Part shown: in pieces, positions 18,001 through 32,783 of the stretch
Position numbering within the stretch: the stretch's first letter is position 1
Layout of the letters: every line of letters starts with the position of its first letter
NCBI GenBank assembly: GCA_051294375.1
Contig: CM119263.1
Coordinates: 13,343,240-13,407,239 of the forward strand
Direction of reading: 5' to 3'
DNA from: Paraspadella gotoi
Taxonomy: Eukaryota; Animalia; Chaetognatha
Length of the DNA: 64,000 bases
Notes under the pieces: model-generated
Told to the model about the DNA's origin: nothing
Databases searched by the model: none
What the model saw: only the letters and a program-made list of their open reading frames with translations
Made by a program: the position numbers and the translations under genes

Positions 18001-19903
18001 TTTCTCCTAATTTCCCCCCCCTTTCCATCCTTTACCCTCCTACCCCTTCCCGAACCCCTCGGCCTCTCCGTCTCTCGCTTGAGCCCCGTTGGCTCGAGCC
18101 CAGGAGCCAGGCTCTGGCCTTGGGGACTGATGAAAATTCATCTCCTCATTTGCATGAAATCGTTGCTGACGAAATCTGACATCCAGAGGGCGCGTAGGGG
18201 ACCGGGGGTAGAAGGGGCTGAGGGGAGGGGTTGCGGAATAAGAAGACTGAAAGAGGGAAACACGCCTCGGGAGAATCGGGGAGTTGGGGGGGGGAAACCA
18301 AGAGAGGGGACCGATGTTGAGGAAAAAAATATAAACAAATCCTCGATTTATGAGGTGGGAAATTGTCGAGGGAAAAAAATGGATGGTTTGAGCGAGAAAA
18401 AAAAAAGAATAATAATATGGGGGTTTCGACTTCTCGTTTTTTGAAAAAAAAAGGGTCAGTGTACTCAGAGTTGGCGCATAGAAATGGGAAGGAGAAGAAA
18501 AGGACATGAAAGAAGAGATAGAAAGGTAAAAGAAAAAAAAGGAAAAGAAGGAAAGGAGATGAAAAGAAAACGCTGGGGTTGGAGAATCTTCATTCTCTGC
18601 AGGGAAGTTTAAGAGCTCGAAATAAGATAGGAATAAAAAAGTCGTAAAAAGGTAAGAAGGGGAATTTAGAAGAAAAAGCGAGTGCGAAGAGGCCAACAAC
18701 ATTGAATCAAGTGGGCGGAAAATATCAATTTCTCGATGGAAGAGGACGATGGGGAGAGGGGGTGTAGGAAAGTTGAAGAGGAGAAAAGAAGGAAGAGGAA
18801 AGGAAAAAGAAGGGCGAGAGAAAAAACATAAAACAAAAAAAGTAAAAACAATAAATACATACAGAAAAGAAAGAACTACCAAAAAACAAAAAACAAAAAA
18901 ATAAAGGAAAAGAGAAGAGAATCTAAAACCAGAAAAAAGAGAAGAAAATCATAAACGAAGATTGAACAGAGTTGAGAGTTCAGGGTCGAACGAGACGACT
19001 GATCGAAATAGAGAGAAAAAAAAAAACGATCGAAATTTTTACGAGACGCGAGAAGTTCGCCGAAGACGAGAAAAACACCCACCCCCCCCCATTTTGGAAA
19101 CAGTCACAAGACAGACGCCTCCCCCCCTAGTTCTGNNNNNNNNNNNNNNNNNNNNNNNNNGGGGGGGGAAAACCAAGAGAGGGGACCGATGTTGAAGGAA
19201 AAAATATAAACAAATCCTCGATTTATGAGGTGGGAAATTGTCGAGGGGAAAAAAATGGAGGTTTGAGCGAGAAAAAAAAAAAGAATAAATATTGGGGGTT
19301 TCGACTTTCGTGGCCTCTTTGTTGAAAAAAAGGGGTCTCTTGTCAAACTCAGAGTTGGAAGAAAAGCGCATAGAAATGGGGAAGGAAAGAAAAGGACATG
19401 AAAGGAAGTGAAAGGTAAAAGAAAAAAGGAAAAGAAGGGAAAGGAGATGAAAAGAAAACGCTGGGGTTGGAGAATCTTCATCTGCAGGGAAGTTTAAGAG
19501 CTCGAAATAAGATAGGTAAGAAAAAGTCGTAAAAAGGTAAGAAGGGGAATTTAGAAGAAAAAGCAGGGATGCGAAGAGGCAAAACACCTTGGAATCAAGT
19601 TGGGCGGAAAATATCAATTTCTCGATGGAAGAGGACGATGGGGAGAGGGGGTGTAGGAAAGTTGAAGAGGGAGAAAAGAAGGAAAGAGAAAGGAAAAAGA
19701 AGGGGAGATAAAGGAAAGAGAAGAGAATCTAAACCAGAAAAAGAGAAGAAAATCATAAACGAAGATTGAACAGAGTTGAGAGTTCAGGGTCGACGAGACG
19801 ACTGATCGAAATAGAGAGAAAAAAAAAACGATCGAAATTTTTACGAGACGCGAGAAGTTCGCCGAAGACGAGGAAAAACATTTTGGAAACATAAAGACAA
19901 CGC
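15095..19903. repeat. Block B, copy 1 (its last ~0.8 kb is repeated across the 25-N gap at 19136-19160)
   Basis: Colinear with ~25220-29560. 18290-19110 matches 19161-19900 (ggggggaaaccaagagagggg ... gcgagaagttcgccgaagacgag). Confidence 0.95.
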
Positions 19904-19929
19904 NNNNNNNNNNNNNNNNNNNNNNNNNT

Positions 19930-22900
19930 TGTGAGCACGGAAGCCTTGTTCTGAGATGCAATGAGATCTCAAATACCCTCTTCTCTGTCAAGTTAACAAA
20001 TATTTTTACACTAGGGGTAACCGTCTCAATGTTGTTTTTCTTTTTTCGCTCCGAAACTAAACACTCGAAACAGAATTTTTTTGCTAATATAACGTAGCTG
20101 CTTGAGAGCAGAATATTGGGGCCTGGGCTCCTTGCCAGTTCGGCTGTTTCCCTCCAGAGCTGATTGGGCCCATAACTATACATGTCCCTTGTCATTTAAA
20201 ACCTACGATGATACTCTTGTACCTAAGAAATCTCGTTACTGATTTTTTCGTTCAACATCGCCCACCGAGAGGAAAACAGAAGGATGATTACGTTAGGGAC
20301 TGCCCCGGAGGGCTCACGTTCGTCCTGGTGAGAACTCATATGAGATAGGGTGTGGTAATCTTCCTAGATAAGCCTCAATAACTAGAGGGTAAAAAAATCC
20401 TGGTGTTAACCTTTGAAATTTGAATGCGAAAAGAGAGGAGAGAGGAAGAGACGAGAAAATATAAGGCAGAAAAAAAATACCGCAAAATCATGTTAATCAT
20501 TACAAAAGAAATCTTTCTGTGTGAGGAAAAATAGCCAGAAAACGATATCATTATGATTATTGTAAAGAGTAGGTGATAGGCATGGTGCATATGATATTTT
20601 CATAGTTCAGTCCAATTTGTGAGAGATCCGTCTTTCTCCTCGTTTCTTTCCTTTTCCCACATATTCCCGCCCCCCCCCCCAAAAAAAAAAAACACGAACT
20701 AATAAGTAAAAAGTATTGTTATCCCCTTGTTTTCCGTGGTTTATCATCTTTCATTTTTTCCTTATGTAGCTTTGTGGATCACTTTGTAGGGTTACTTCAC
20801 ATGTTTTTATGGTTTCCATAAAAATCTATTGTATACAATAAGAATTAACGAAAAACAATAAGATATTCTTATATTTTGTTTAAAAACATCTAATAATTAT
20901 TAAGGATTGATACCAGCACTGTTTTTAATGATGATTTAAAGTACCATGTGTATAAAAATCCCTCTTGGAAACTGAGGAAAAAAAAAGAACTAACGATCGA
21001 TATAATTAGTAAGACAGTGGTCCATTGCAGCGCAGCAAAATATCGATATTCTATACTATTTCAATCGAAATTAGAGACTAGTGATGAAAAGATACGTATA
21101 GTCAGTATTCTCTCCCAAATCTTTTGCCTAGTTATTTTTTTTTTTATGCTTTTTTCTACCCGAAAGAAAGAGTTGTAGTTTGTAGTTGAGGTGGAAAGAT
21201 AAAATCCCGTGATGCTAGAAATTCTTGCTTCACTTCGTCAGAAAAGAGGACAAATTAGAAAACTTCGACCAAAAATATTACAACAACACCACGAAACGAG
21301 AAAATATAAAAGCATGAACCAAAAGAGATAAAGCCATGATTTTGAAGAACTACGGAGAAGAGAGTGAGAGGTGGTAGAGAACAAATGTTGGACACCTCCA
21401 TTATTCCTGGGAAGGCCGCCTGATAACATACTCAGAAAAAACTTCCATTTGCATTTTGCAATTTCTTCTTCTTCTATGATTAATGATAAATCTTCGTGGC
21501 GTCTGTGCGGCTGTAACAACTGAATTGGCGTTTCGTTTCGTCTTTGTAGACGTACACTCGACTGTTTTGGCGCATACGAAATCTGAAACGGCGACCGACC
21601 ATAAAGGCGGCGACCACAAAGGCCAGCTAAAAAGTTGGGTGCACAGATTCAAAGCACCAACAATTGTGTAACGTTGATCAGTGATCACCCAAATGGTAGT
21701 CGAGCAATATTGTCTGATTTTCCTTCCGACTTTATTTAACAAAAATTTTTTTTTTTTTGAATATTGGAAATAATCAAATTTTATAAAAAATTATGGAAGA
21801 TTCCTAGTAAAATAATACCCAAAATATATTAGGATTAAGAGTTGTATCCTAAAAATATTCAAATAAACTATGTTAAAAGTAATTGTGGTATCAAAAAGAA
21901 TTTTTATATATATTGTATAACAATTTCTAACATGTATTAACCCAAGTCTGCTGATTCCGGTAACAATATAGACAGAGAAAGGCACGACCATAAACCTACA
22001 ATAAAGGATTACGAAATCCTTCTTCTAATTCGACCGAAAATCCATTATATTTTCACGAACATCTTTTCTTGTTTCATTTCTTAATCAATACAGAAATCGA
22101 ACCTCTTTCGCGAGTTACTCGATCGGGTAAAGCCAGGCAATTGACCCGACGCCCATCGTGGAATAATTCACTGCCTCACGTGAATCCCTCTGACGATTGC
22201 ACCGTGGCAATTCGCGCCCTTAACTCATCATGCATATTTGGAAAGGTCCATACAGGGAAACGAGGAGGGCGTTTGATAAAAGGGCGGGTGAGAAAGAAAA
22301 GGGTTGAGATTGGACCGCACCGACCGCGCGAAACCTAGAAGAAATGAGAATTTATGACATCAAAAGAGAATCTGTCGCATTAAGTTATGGCATTGGCCGT
22401 CTTATTGCATTATTCTGAGAGCCGCGAGAGTCAGCGGAGACGAGTTAGAGAGATAGCAGAGACCCGAGAGAGAGAGAGAAGAGAGGAAGAAATGAGTAGA
22501 TGAGAAATTTATTTAGGAGAATTTCATATAGCAGAATAGTAGCTGGTTTCAAGCTAATCAATTCAAAGAACTCTTCTCCACAGGTCTGTTCATCACTCCA
22601 GATACATTTGAATACGGGGCTACTTCCATTAGTATGGTATAGTTGTAGTTATGTATATTCTTTTATAAATAGACTACTTTATTATTACCTTGATCGCCGT
22701 TAGGGGAAAAAATCTCGCGCCATTGTACTACGGTGTTGGTTTTTCATAATAAAAAAAATAAATTTGATATAGTAATATCCTTTTCAAATTGGTCTCACTT
22801 TCGCCTTTTGTCTCTCGGTTCCTCGCTCAGATCATTAAATCTCCCTTAACCATCGCCGCCCTTGTCATCATCCGCCGGCGTCGTTTCTAAAAATTTCTCT

Positions 22901-25075
22901 CGGTAAATGAACGCACGCAGAGAGACGAGAGACGAAGAGTACGAATAGACAGAGAGATAGAAGACAGAATAACGCGATCTGCAAGACATCAACGAGAGAC
23001 CAGTTACGACAGCAAAGATTCACAGAAGAACGACGGGAATAGAACTGACCTCATGATCCGATGAGAGCTATGGCTGATTCTCCGGGAGAGTACCGACGCA
23101 GAAAAGATGATCCTCACCCAAGTAATAAGACGATTAGTCCTTTTTTTGCGGCTTTGTACCAAGTATTAGTCGGAAGATCGATTGACTCGAGTTAGCGATG
23201 AAGAAGAGAAGTAGTGCTCTTCCCACGGCAGATTGGGGACCTGAACCCAAGCGGCCAAATGTTTATCTCGAAAAACCGTCGGCGAAGATGAGAAAAGACT
23301 CGTCGACAGAAGAATCGAAAATAAGAGCGGTAGAGAAAACTTAATCTGTATCCAGACACTTGACCGTTGAATCGAGGTCAGAGTGTCGGGAAAAAACAAA
23401 AAAGAAGGCCGGACGGCGGGCGTCGACTTAGAGCCGGCGCACGGAGTTTTCGGGCCCCAAAGTCCGGAACACGAAGACAAAAAGAAGTAATAAAAAAGAG
23501 GATGGTGAATGTAGATCAGATTGATTCGGGCCGGAATCGCCTGATTTGATTCGTTATCCTTTGGGGTTTTTCTTTGTACATCTTTCGTTCGGCTGACTCT
23601 CCCCACTTGACCTCAGGGATATCGTCAGGAGCGGGGAAAAGACCTTATCAAAGAGCGAGACACGAAGATGTGAAAGAAACGAAAAGAAAGAGCAAGAAAT
23701 AAGAATGTTCAGAAAAGAAAGAGAGAAGATGAAGATGAAGAACAAGAAATGTAAGAAATGAGAGACTCAAGTGAACAATCAAATTAAGTTAAAAAGGACG
23801 CTGACTCCATCAGGCTCCAATCCTCATCTCCGAATCCCCACCTTCCACTTCCCACCTTTCAACTTTCCCACCAGCCCGTACTATCGTTCTTCTCTATTTG
23901 CCTCATCATGTGGCCTTTCCCACCTTAAATTTTTCTCTCGTCCACCTCCACCCTGTCCCGACGCGACCACCATCCTACCCCCCCTCCCCACTCGCTCATC
24001 CTCTACCCAATCCCAGACCATGATTGCCCACGAAAGTCGACGTCGTAATCCAATCAGCAATTCATTATCTGAAGTCTGACCCGATTCCGATCTCCTTCTT
24101 TTTCTTTAGCCATGCTCGTCTCTGTCCGGCTCTTTTCTAATCAAAGTGGGCTTGCTCGCGTTTCTTATTGAGTCACGGGTCGTCACGTGTGTGTCTTCAG
24201 GTTACATTTCGTCCGGGTCGTGTTGTGCGGGAAAAGGTCTTCCCCGTCCTCTCCTCCGCTGGTTCCCAAATTGCTGTGTAGTTGTCTTGTTTCGTTCTCA
24301 ATCTCTTGTGACTTCTAGGTCTAGCGCCGGCTCTGGAAAGTCATACTAGTCCCAACCGGCCGAAACTCGCGGGGCAGGGTCTCGTAATTGTATGACGCCT
24401 GCCTTTCACTTAATTGAAGTATTGTACCTTCATCTCTTTGTCTTTTGTTTCCCCTTTGTTTCTACAGGCCTGAACTCAGGGGTCTCCTTTTAAATAATGC
24501 TCCCTTCCTTCTCTTCCTGTCTTCCTCTCTATCTCCGGAGTCGTCCCTGCCCTTCCCGGCTTATATTCCTGTTCCGCCGCCCTCCGCCGCTCACTATTTA
24601 TAGCGGTTTATCTAAACCTCTATGCTACTAAATCATAAAATGCTACCAAACGTACTTCGCCAGCCCCTCTTTCCCTTCTCCTTACTGAACATCCAACTCC
24701 TGCTTTTCCTACTTCTTCCGACTTTCCAATTCATCCTTCTCAACTCATCTCAACTCACTTATCATTCCTTTTTTCTTATTTTTTCCACCCTTTTTCTTCC
24801 TTAAGTGGGCCTATTTTTTCTGACCTCCCTTACCTCTCCCTGACACTACTCCCTATCTTCTCCCTATTACTTTCCTAATTCCTCAATCTATCCCTTCTCA
24901 CCCTCTTCTTATCTTTTCTATCTCTTCTTCCATCTTCCCTCTCTCTCTATCCCTTCCCTTCCTCGGTACTTATTCCTATATCTCACCCCCGCTCGCCGCT
25001 CCTATCATTCACGTAGTTTTTATAGACACATCACTGACAAAACAATCCGCAAACATCATAACTATGGGTATCGAT
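19930..25075. repeat. Block A, copy 3 (raw-read quality, chimeric)
   Basis: 19930-22890 matches ~2265-4590 and ~24330-25075 matches ~4980-5600, with very dense insertions. It begins directly after a 25-N gap. Confidence 0.9.
23050..24307 (-). repeat. Inverted noisy copy of block B segment ~16297-17360, embedded in block A copy 3
   Basis: tcctcacccaagtaata (23111) is the reverse complement of the tattacttgggtgagga at ~17295. cggcggcgtcgactta.agccggcgc and tttcg.ttctcaatctct also match in reverse. Confidence 0.9.
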
Positions 25076-25102
25076 CTCTCTCTCTCTTCTCTCTCCTCCT
25101 CT

Positions 25103-25137
<35 letters not shown>

Positions 25138-25219
25138 CTCTCCCTTTCTCTCTCTCTCTCTTTCTCTCGTCTCTTTATCTCTCTTACTTTCTCTCTCTCC
25201 TTTCTTCATTCCTCTCTTC

Positions 25220-28200
25220 TCTCTCTCGTTCGCGAAGTTTGCCAATAACTGCGAGCCTGCAAACCTATACTTGTATGAATAAGGCTCGATTTGAACATCA
25301 TGCATCTCGGCCATCCTGCAGCCTTAGTTTATTGAACTTTTCTTTTACTGGTGATCGCTATTTTGTTCATCATGACAATGTGTTTTAAGGCACAAAAAGT
25401 CATTGCATTCGGAATTTTAACTCAATATAAATTCATCTATTACAATTTGGCACTGTTTTTTTTTAACAAGTCTAACTCACTCAATAGGCAAACTGTCAAT
25501 CAAATCAAGTAACTCCAAGTACAACAGTGACTCAGAATCCAAACATGATCGGTTCGATAACAATTATGAAAAATAAGTTTGTGTTTTAAATATTACGTAT
25601 TTGACCTATGGACGGCAATGTAATACAGAATAAATAAAATGTAAACAACAACGTATAAAATTCTTTCGGACAAAACCAAAAAACACAAATTTAACAATCT
25701 CGACTATAGCAAAACAACAACTAACAACAACTGCCTAATCAATTGAAAGGAGCGACTCGTCGATTCGGAATCACCGGAAACAATACAAACAGTTCGCGAT
25801 AGGGCGACTAATTTGAGAATCACGAAGGACTCCTAAAACATTGAAAGCATTGTGGGCCTCTCGGGATGTTCACGAGCAAAGTGGAAGACCGCTGAACAAG
25901 CGCGATCTCTTTCTTTCTCCGGTTGCGCGATGGAGACGTAAGAGAAAGGAAGGGGTTAAGGGGATAGGTTGGGTGTTGTCGGGGGTGGGTGGTCGTGGGC
26001 TGTCGTTTCGCGAACGCTCTCCGTCGATGTCATTTGAACATGACAGATAATAGTGAAGACTAGCAAGCGTCTAATAGGCGAACTTAGACGACGTTTGTGG
26101 TGTTTGGACGGACAAATGATTTGATCGCGGCATTTAGAAAAAAGAGGAAAAAAAGAAGAGAAGGGAAAGGCGAAGAAGACACCGCCGAACGAGACGACCC
26201 GAGAAGAAAGCAGCCACCTGAGCGAGGGACGGAATCGACGCCCGGAGACGATAGAGGGGCCCGGGGAAGGGAGACGGAGGAGAGAAGAGAAGGCGAAACG
26301 AAGACGAAGAGGAAGAGACGAAGACGAGGAGAGGCGCCGAGATTCGGCCGAAAAAAAATCGGACGTGACAAAAGGAATACAACGTACAAACGAAGAAAAC
26401 AAAAGATGAACCCGAGCGAGACGAAGAAGTGAAAGCGGCGGGGGGGAGGAGAGGGCAGGCGTTGGAAGGTTAAACGGGAGGGGAGAGGAAGGAAGGATGG
26501 AGTTAAACATGGCGGAATGGAGATAGAGAGGGTGGAATGGGTTGATAGAAAAACAAGAGAAAAGAAGATATTAGAGAGACTGAGAGATATATAATTTTTA
26601 ATTATACTGTTATACAATTACAAATAAGTTGAGCGGAGGGCAAGCGAACAGAAATATAGCGGGGAAGGCAGGAACGATAAGAGAGAGAGAGTTTTAGGCT
26701 TTCAGCTGGAAAAGAAGAATGAAGAATGAAGAAAGCGAAAATGAACTGGCGATTCGTGGAATAGGATTTAATAAGAAGTAAAGAGATTTGAGAACCGAAA
26801 CAAGAAAAACAACAACTAAAAAACAAAGCAATTTGGAACAAGCGCGAGAAGAGAGACGGGGACCGAAAACGACGACGAAAAATGATGAAGAAAAAGTGAG
26901 CGAAAAGAGAAAAGAAGAAGAAAGAGCTAAAGAAAAAAGAAGGAGACGAAATCGGGTCAGACTTCATATGGAATTAACGACGCGACTCTCGTGGGCAAAA
27001 CAGGTCTGGATGGTTGAGCGTGGGGAGGGGTAAGGATTGTGGTCGCGTCGGGACAGGGTGGAGGTGGAGAGAGAAATTTAAGGTGGAAAGGAAATAACTG
27101 ATGAGGATGGAGAACGAAAGTACGGGCTGGTGGGAAATAAGTTAAAGTGGGAAAGTGGAAGGTGGCGGGATTTCGGAGGATGAGATTGGAGCCTGAAGGG
27201 ATCAGCGTCTTTTAAACTTAATTTATTCACTTGAGTTCATTTTTAATTTACTTCTTCATCTTTCATCTTTCTTTTTTTTCTGAACATTTTCATTCTTGCT
27301 TCTTTTTTTCACATCGGTCTCGCTCTTGATAAGGGAATCTTCGCCGAGAATAAATGAGGTCAAGTGGGGAGAAAGTCAAGCGAAACGAAAGAGAAAAGAA
27401 AACAAAAAGAAAGAAAAAAAAAGGCGATCGCCGAACAATCGATTATTAATCTTCTTTCTTTATTACTTTTTTTCCTTCGGTTTCCGGACTTTGGGGCCGG
27501 AAAATCCGGCGCCGGCTTAAGTCGACGCCGCCGTCGGCCTCTTTTTGTTTTTGCCCGACACCTCTGACTCGATTCACGGTCAAGTGTCGGTATAAAGATT
27601 AAGTTTCTTAACGACTCTTTATTTTCGATTCTTTTGTCGACGAGTTTTTCATCTTTCGCCGACGGTTTTTTCGATAAACATTTAGGCCGACATTTGTGAG
27701 GCCAACTGCGTGGGAAGAAACTACTTTCTCCTCATCCGCAATGAGTCAAGAATCGCATAAATTGAAGGAAAAAAAAGGTAAGTTTATTACTTGGGTGAGG
27801 ATTTTGGTCCGACTCGCGAGAAAAGCAATCTCCAAAACGGATATTGAGGTCAGTTAATCGTTTGTGAAATCTTGTGTAACTTGGCTTCGTTGAATGTGAG
27901 AGTAATTCTGATGTTGTGAGAGGTCTCGCATACTTCATTTCCCGTACATATAAAGTATAAACATTATACCACTTCCTTAATAGGGGGAAAGCCAGGTACT
28001 CTGGAAGTGCATGAACAAGGACTGTGAGAGAGTCTGATTGATAGCTTGCAGGGATCTGCTATGTTCATTATCTTGTAAGCGAGATGGACGCCTTTAATCG
28101 CCAAAGCCTGTCCAAAGTCAGGGGCAAGATAGCTTGTATATTAAATGAATGGATAATTTTTATATTGGTTGTACCAATGTCATAATAATTTTGGAAAACA

Positions 28201-29560
28201 ATTATGAAATTGACAATGATATTGTTTTCTTTTTTTCCTCTTTTCTCATTTATAACCGTCGCCTTAGGAGAAAACAGGGGGATGGTCGAACTCAGATACT
28301 ACTACTTTTTTCGTGGCTAAAATCGGGGAAAATAAAATCTTCTCCCTTCCATTATTTTTCGTGTTATTATTTTTATTGTTTTAATCTTTTTATTTTTTTT
28401 TACTTTAAACTCTCAAAAATACAAGTTTGGGTGGAAAAAAAAACAAAAACAATCATCACAAATTCTCAAAATTCCTTCCTTCTTCCCAGTAACCCCATCC
28501 TATTTCTCCTTAATTTCCCCCCCCTTTCCATCCTTTTACCCTCCTACCCCTTCCCGAACCCTCGGCCTCTCCTCCGTCTCTCGCTTGAGCCCCGGTTGGC
28601 TCGAGCCCAGGAGCCAGGCTCGTGCTTGGGGGACTGATGAAAATTCATCTCCTCATTTGCATGAAATCGTTGCTGACGAAAATCTGAACTCCAGAGGGCG
28701 CGTAGCGGGACCGGGGTAGAGGGGCTGAGGGGGAGGGGTTGCGGAATAAGAAGACTGAAAGAGGGAAAACACGCCTCGGGAGAATCGGGGAGTTGGGGGG
28801 GGGGGAAACCAAGAGAGGGGACGATGTTGAAGGAAAAAATATAAACAAATCCTCGATTTATGAGGTGGGAAATTGTCGAGGGGAAAAAAATGGAGGTTTG
28901 AGCGAGAAAAAAAAAGAATAAATATTGGGGGTTTCGACTTTCGTGGCCTCTTGTTGAAAAAAAAGGGGTCTCGTGTCAAACTCAAGATTGGAGAAAAGCG
29001 CATAGAAATGGGGAAGGAAAGAAAAGACATGAAAGGAATTTGAAAGGTAAAAAATAAGGAAAGGAAAAAAGAAAAAAGGAAAAGAAGGGAAAGGAGATGA
29101 AAAGAAAACGCTGGGGTTGGAGAATCTTTCATCTGCAGGGAAGTTTAAGAGCTCGAAATAAGATAGGTAAGAAAAAGTCGTAAAAAGGTAAGAAGGGGAA
29201 TTTAGAAGAAAAAGCAGGGATGCGAAGAAGCAAAACACCTTGAATCAAGTGGGCGGAAAATATCAATTTTTCGATGGAAGAGGACGATGGGGAGAGGGGG
29301 TGTAGGAAAGTTGAAGAGGGAGAAAAGAAGGAAAAGAAAGGAAAAAGAAGGGGAGATAAAGGAAAGAGAAGAGGAAATCTAAAACCAGAAAAAGAGAAGA
29401 AAATCATAAACGAAGATTGAACAGAGTTGAGAGTTCAGGGTCGACGAGACGACTGATCGAAATAGAGAAAAAAAAAAAACGATCGAAATTTTTACGAGAC
29501 GCGAGAAGTTCGCCGAAGACGAGGAAAAACATTTTGGAAACATAAAGACATTCCTCCCCC
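25220..29560. repeat. Block B, copy 2
   Basis: Colinear with 15095-19903. It is noisy to ~26300, then near-identical, and runs on into unique sequence. Confidence 0.95.
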
Positions 29561-29757
29561 CCCCCTAGTTCCCCCGAGTATTTATAACCCCTTCACTCCG
29601 TCAGCCCCCGTCGCCTCCTGGCTCCCCAGCCCCCTGACTCTCCCCTTTTTTTCGTCGGAGCTTTTTCAATCGCTTTGTCCCTCTTTTTTACCTCTTCTTT
29701 ATTTAATGCGATTTTCATTTCCAAATCGCATTTCTCTTCTCTCTCTCATCTCTCTCT

Positions 29758-29814
<57 letters not shown>

Positions 29815-30707
29815 CTCTCTCTCTCTCTTCTGAGGATGAGTTTGAAAATAAATTTACATTCCTCCCTTTTTACAACTGAAGACTAAAAGATTCTTGACAT
29901 TGTTCGATGTTTAGGGAGAATTTAACGAACGAAACCAGGTATGGCGACGTGGGTTATTGAGGAATATTATATATTTATTACGTTACCTATTTCCCTCTAA
30001 CTTCCACTTCAACCATTTCTCTTTCCTCTCAATCCCAATCTTTACTCACTTGGCTCGTCTCCACCCAAAGACAACACCCCCGCTCCCCAGCCTCACTCCA
30101 AACTCACCCTCGCCCTCCGCGTCGGAGGGTGAGTCTGTTTTTCAACTTTCATCTCATTTAACACTTGATTACTTCGGATAATAAGGCGCCGATCTAAGAA
30201 AAAAAAATGCGGCGCTTTTCCTCGAAGAAGGCGAAGGGAGCATCTTTTCGGCGCATGGGATAAATAAATAAAATAATGAATGAAATAATGAATAAATGAA
30301 GTAATGAATTAATGAATTAATGTATTAAGGAATGAATGAATAAATAAATGCTTAGATGGATGAATGAATTAGTCATTGAATTCGAGGAAGCTAAATAATG
30401 AAGGGAAATGTCCACAATTTTTTTTTTTAAGTTGGATTAATAAAAAACCATTTAACAGTTAAACCATCTAATTCGTCCTCAATCCCACTTTTTCGGTCTC
30501 CCTCTCTTCTCCCCCTCTCCCCCACTCCTTCACCGCCTCCTCTCATTTTCTTTCCCTTTCTTCTCCCTTCGCCAAGTTTGAAGCCTTTTCTTCATCTCGT
30601 CCTCATCATCTTCTGGCTCCTGAGTCGAGATCAACCCTTTTCTGTCTGGAGCAACACCATTTATGCCAATTTTCCATAGAATGAGAGACATGTCAAGGAA
30701 AAAGAAG

Positions 30708-30832
<125 letters not shown>

Positions 30833-31294
30833 GGGAGAGTCGAGGAAAAAAAGATTAGAAATAGGAAAAGAATTGGAAGGAAAAGGGAAAAAAATGAAGT
30901 TAGGAAGTTGATGGAAAATTAAATCAAAAAAAGTATGAAATCATGAAAACATGAAATATACTGAAAGGGTGACTTCAGTTTAAGAGAGTCCTTGATAAAA
31001 AAAAAAACCCAGAATCGATCCGCGTTTTATTTGTGTTTCTTTAAGATCGAACAGAGTCAGCGGTCTCGAATACCCACCTGTGACTTACCTGATTCTTTTC
31101 CTCGCCACTCATCCTCCCACTCTTTTTCTACTCCTCTTCTTACCGCTACTCCTCTTCCTCATTTTGCTCCTCCTCCTCTTCTTCTTCTCTTTTTCTTCTT
31201 CTTCTCCTTCCATAAGAGTGGCTTCTTCTGAAAATTCATAGTCATGTCTCAGATATAAAATTGTTTGCAAATTTTTTTCCGAGGTCCTCTTCTC

Positions 31295-31348
<54 letters not shown>

Positions 31349-31723
31349 GGCAAACATAAGGACGGGAAAGACAAAGTTTGTATCAACGTAAGTAATATGA
31401 CAAGGTGATAACCGTTTATGATTTTTCGTTGGAGGTAATAAAGTTTGAAATGAAATCACCGAGAATATCGTTACGTTTTTTCACCGAAAACTAAATAAAT
31501 TTCAAAAGTATAGTAAATTTAAAAGATTATGTTAGTACATTAATATAGGATGAAATGCGAAAAATTCGATGAAATCTTGGAAGAAATCGGAGAAAATAAG
31601 AAAATAGATAAATAAAGCGGCGTAAAAAGGAACAACTCATGCTCTGGCATGGAAGCCGTGAATTAGTGAAGGCGTGAAAGAAAAACGAGGGTGAGACTGA
31701 GTGAATCTAACAGAGAAAGAGAA

Positions 31724-31781
<58 letters not shown>

Positions 31782-31944
31782 AAAAATGGAAAATATAAGC
31801 GCGAGGTGGAGTGACTCTTCGATGAGTGAACGCTTAAAAATTTGGAATTTGAAAAGAAGTGAAATCGACCGTCGAAGTTATAATATTGTTTTAAAATTTT
31901 TAATAGATCGCCTTGTTTATGTATAAAGGAAAGAAAACAACTTT

Positions 31945-31945
31945 T

Positions 31946-32017
<72 letters not shown>

Positions 32018-32481
32018 TTTTTCTTTCTTTCTTTCTTTCATTATTTGTTTCATTCTTTATTTTTTTCTTTTTTCTTTCTTTTTATTATTTTTTTTTCTGC
32101 CACCATTTTTTCTCTATTGGATTTTACAGCATTTTTTTAACTATTATTTCTTTTTTGTTTCCGTCTTTCTTTTTTCCGTGCCCCGCTCGGCTTCGTCCCC
32201 GCCCTCTAGCGTGTGACTCAATTGTCGACGATAATAAACAGTCGTAAACAATAACAGAGGAACATCCGGGTGTAAACAACTTGCAGCGCCATCGCACTTC
32301 CGGCGACGCGGCATTGGCGGGCAGAAGGATGGAGGTTGAGCAATGGCGCCGTTGGTAGAAAAGGTTGGGGCGAAGCATTTGGTGGACGGGGGGAGGGTAA
32401 GAATTCGATTGGGTTGAACAAAAAACTAGATACAATAAAGAGAAAAAAAACAATGAAGAAAGAAAGAAATAAAGAAAAAAT

Positions 32482-32566
<85 letters not shown>

Positions 32567-32570
32567 AATA
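31945..32570. repeat. (CTTT)n and (GAAA)n tetranucleotide tracts in inverted orientation around a GC-rich core
   Basis: (CTTT)n at ~31945-32040 and (GAAA)n at ~32460-32570. Confidence 0.9.
32214..32303. promoter_or_regulatory. Candidate enhancer: AP-1 + three forkhead + two ETS motifs in 90 bp
   Basis: TGACTCA 32214-32220; ATAAACA 32234; GTAAACAA 32244 and 32272; ACATCCGG 32262; CACTTCCGG 32295. These are motif matches only. Confidence 0.35.
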
Positions 32571-32670
32571 GATAAATAAAGAAAGAGAAAACGAAAAAGG
32601 GAATCTTTTCTGTTTCTTTTTTCTCTCGAGGCAGACGATGATGAGTCAGCTGAGGTGGAGGAAGAGGAGG

Positions 32671-32783
<113 letters not shown>

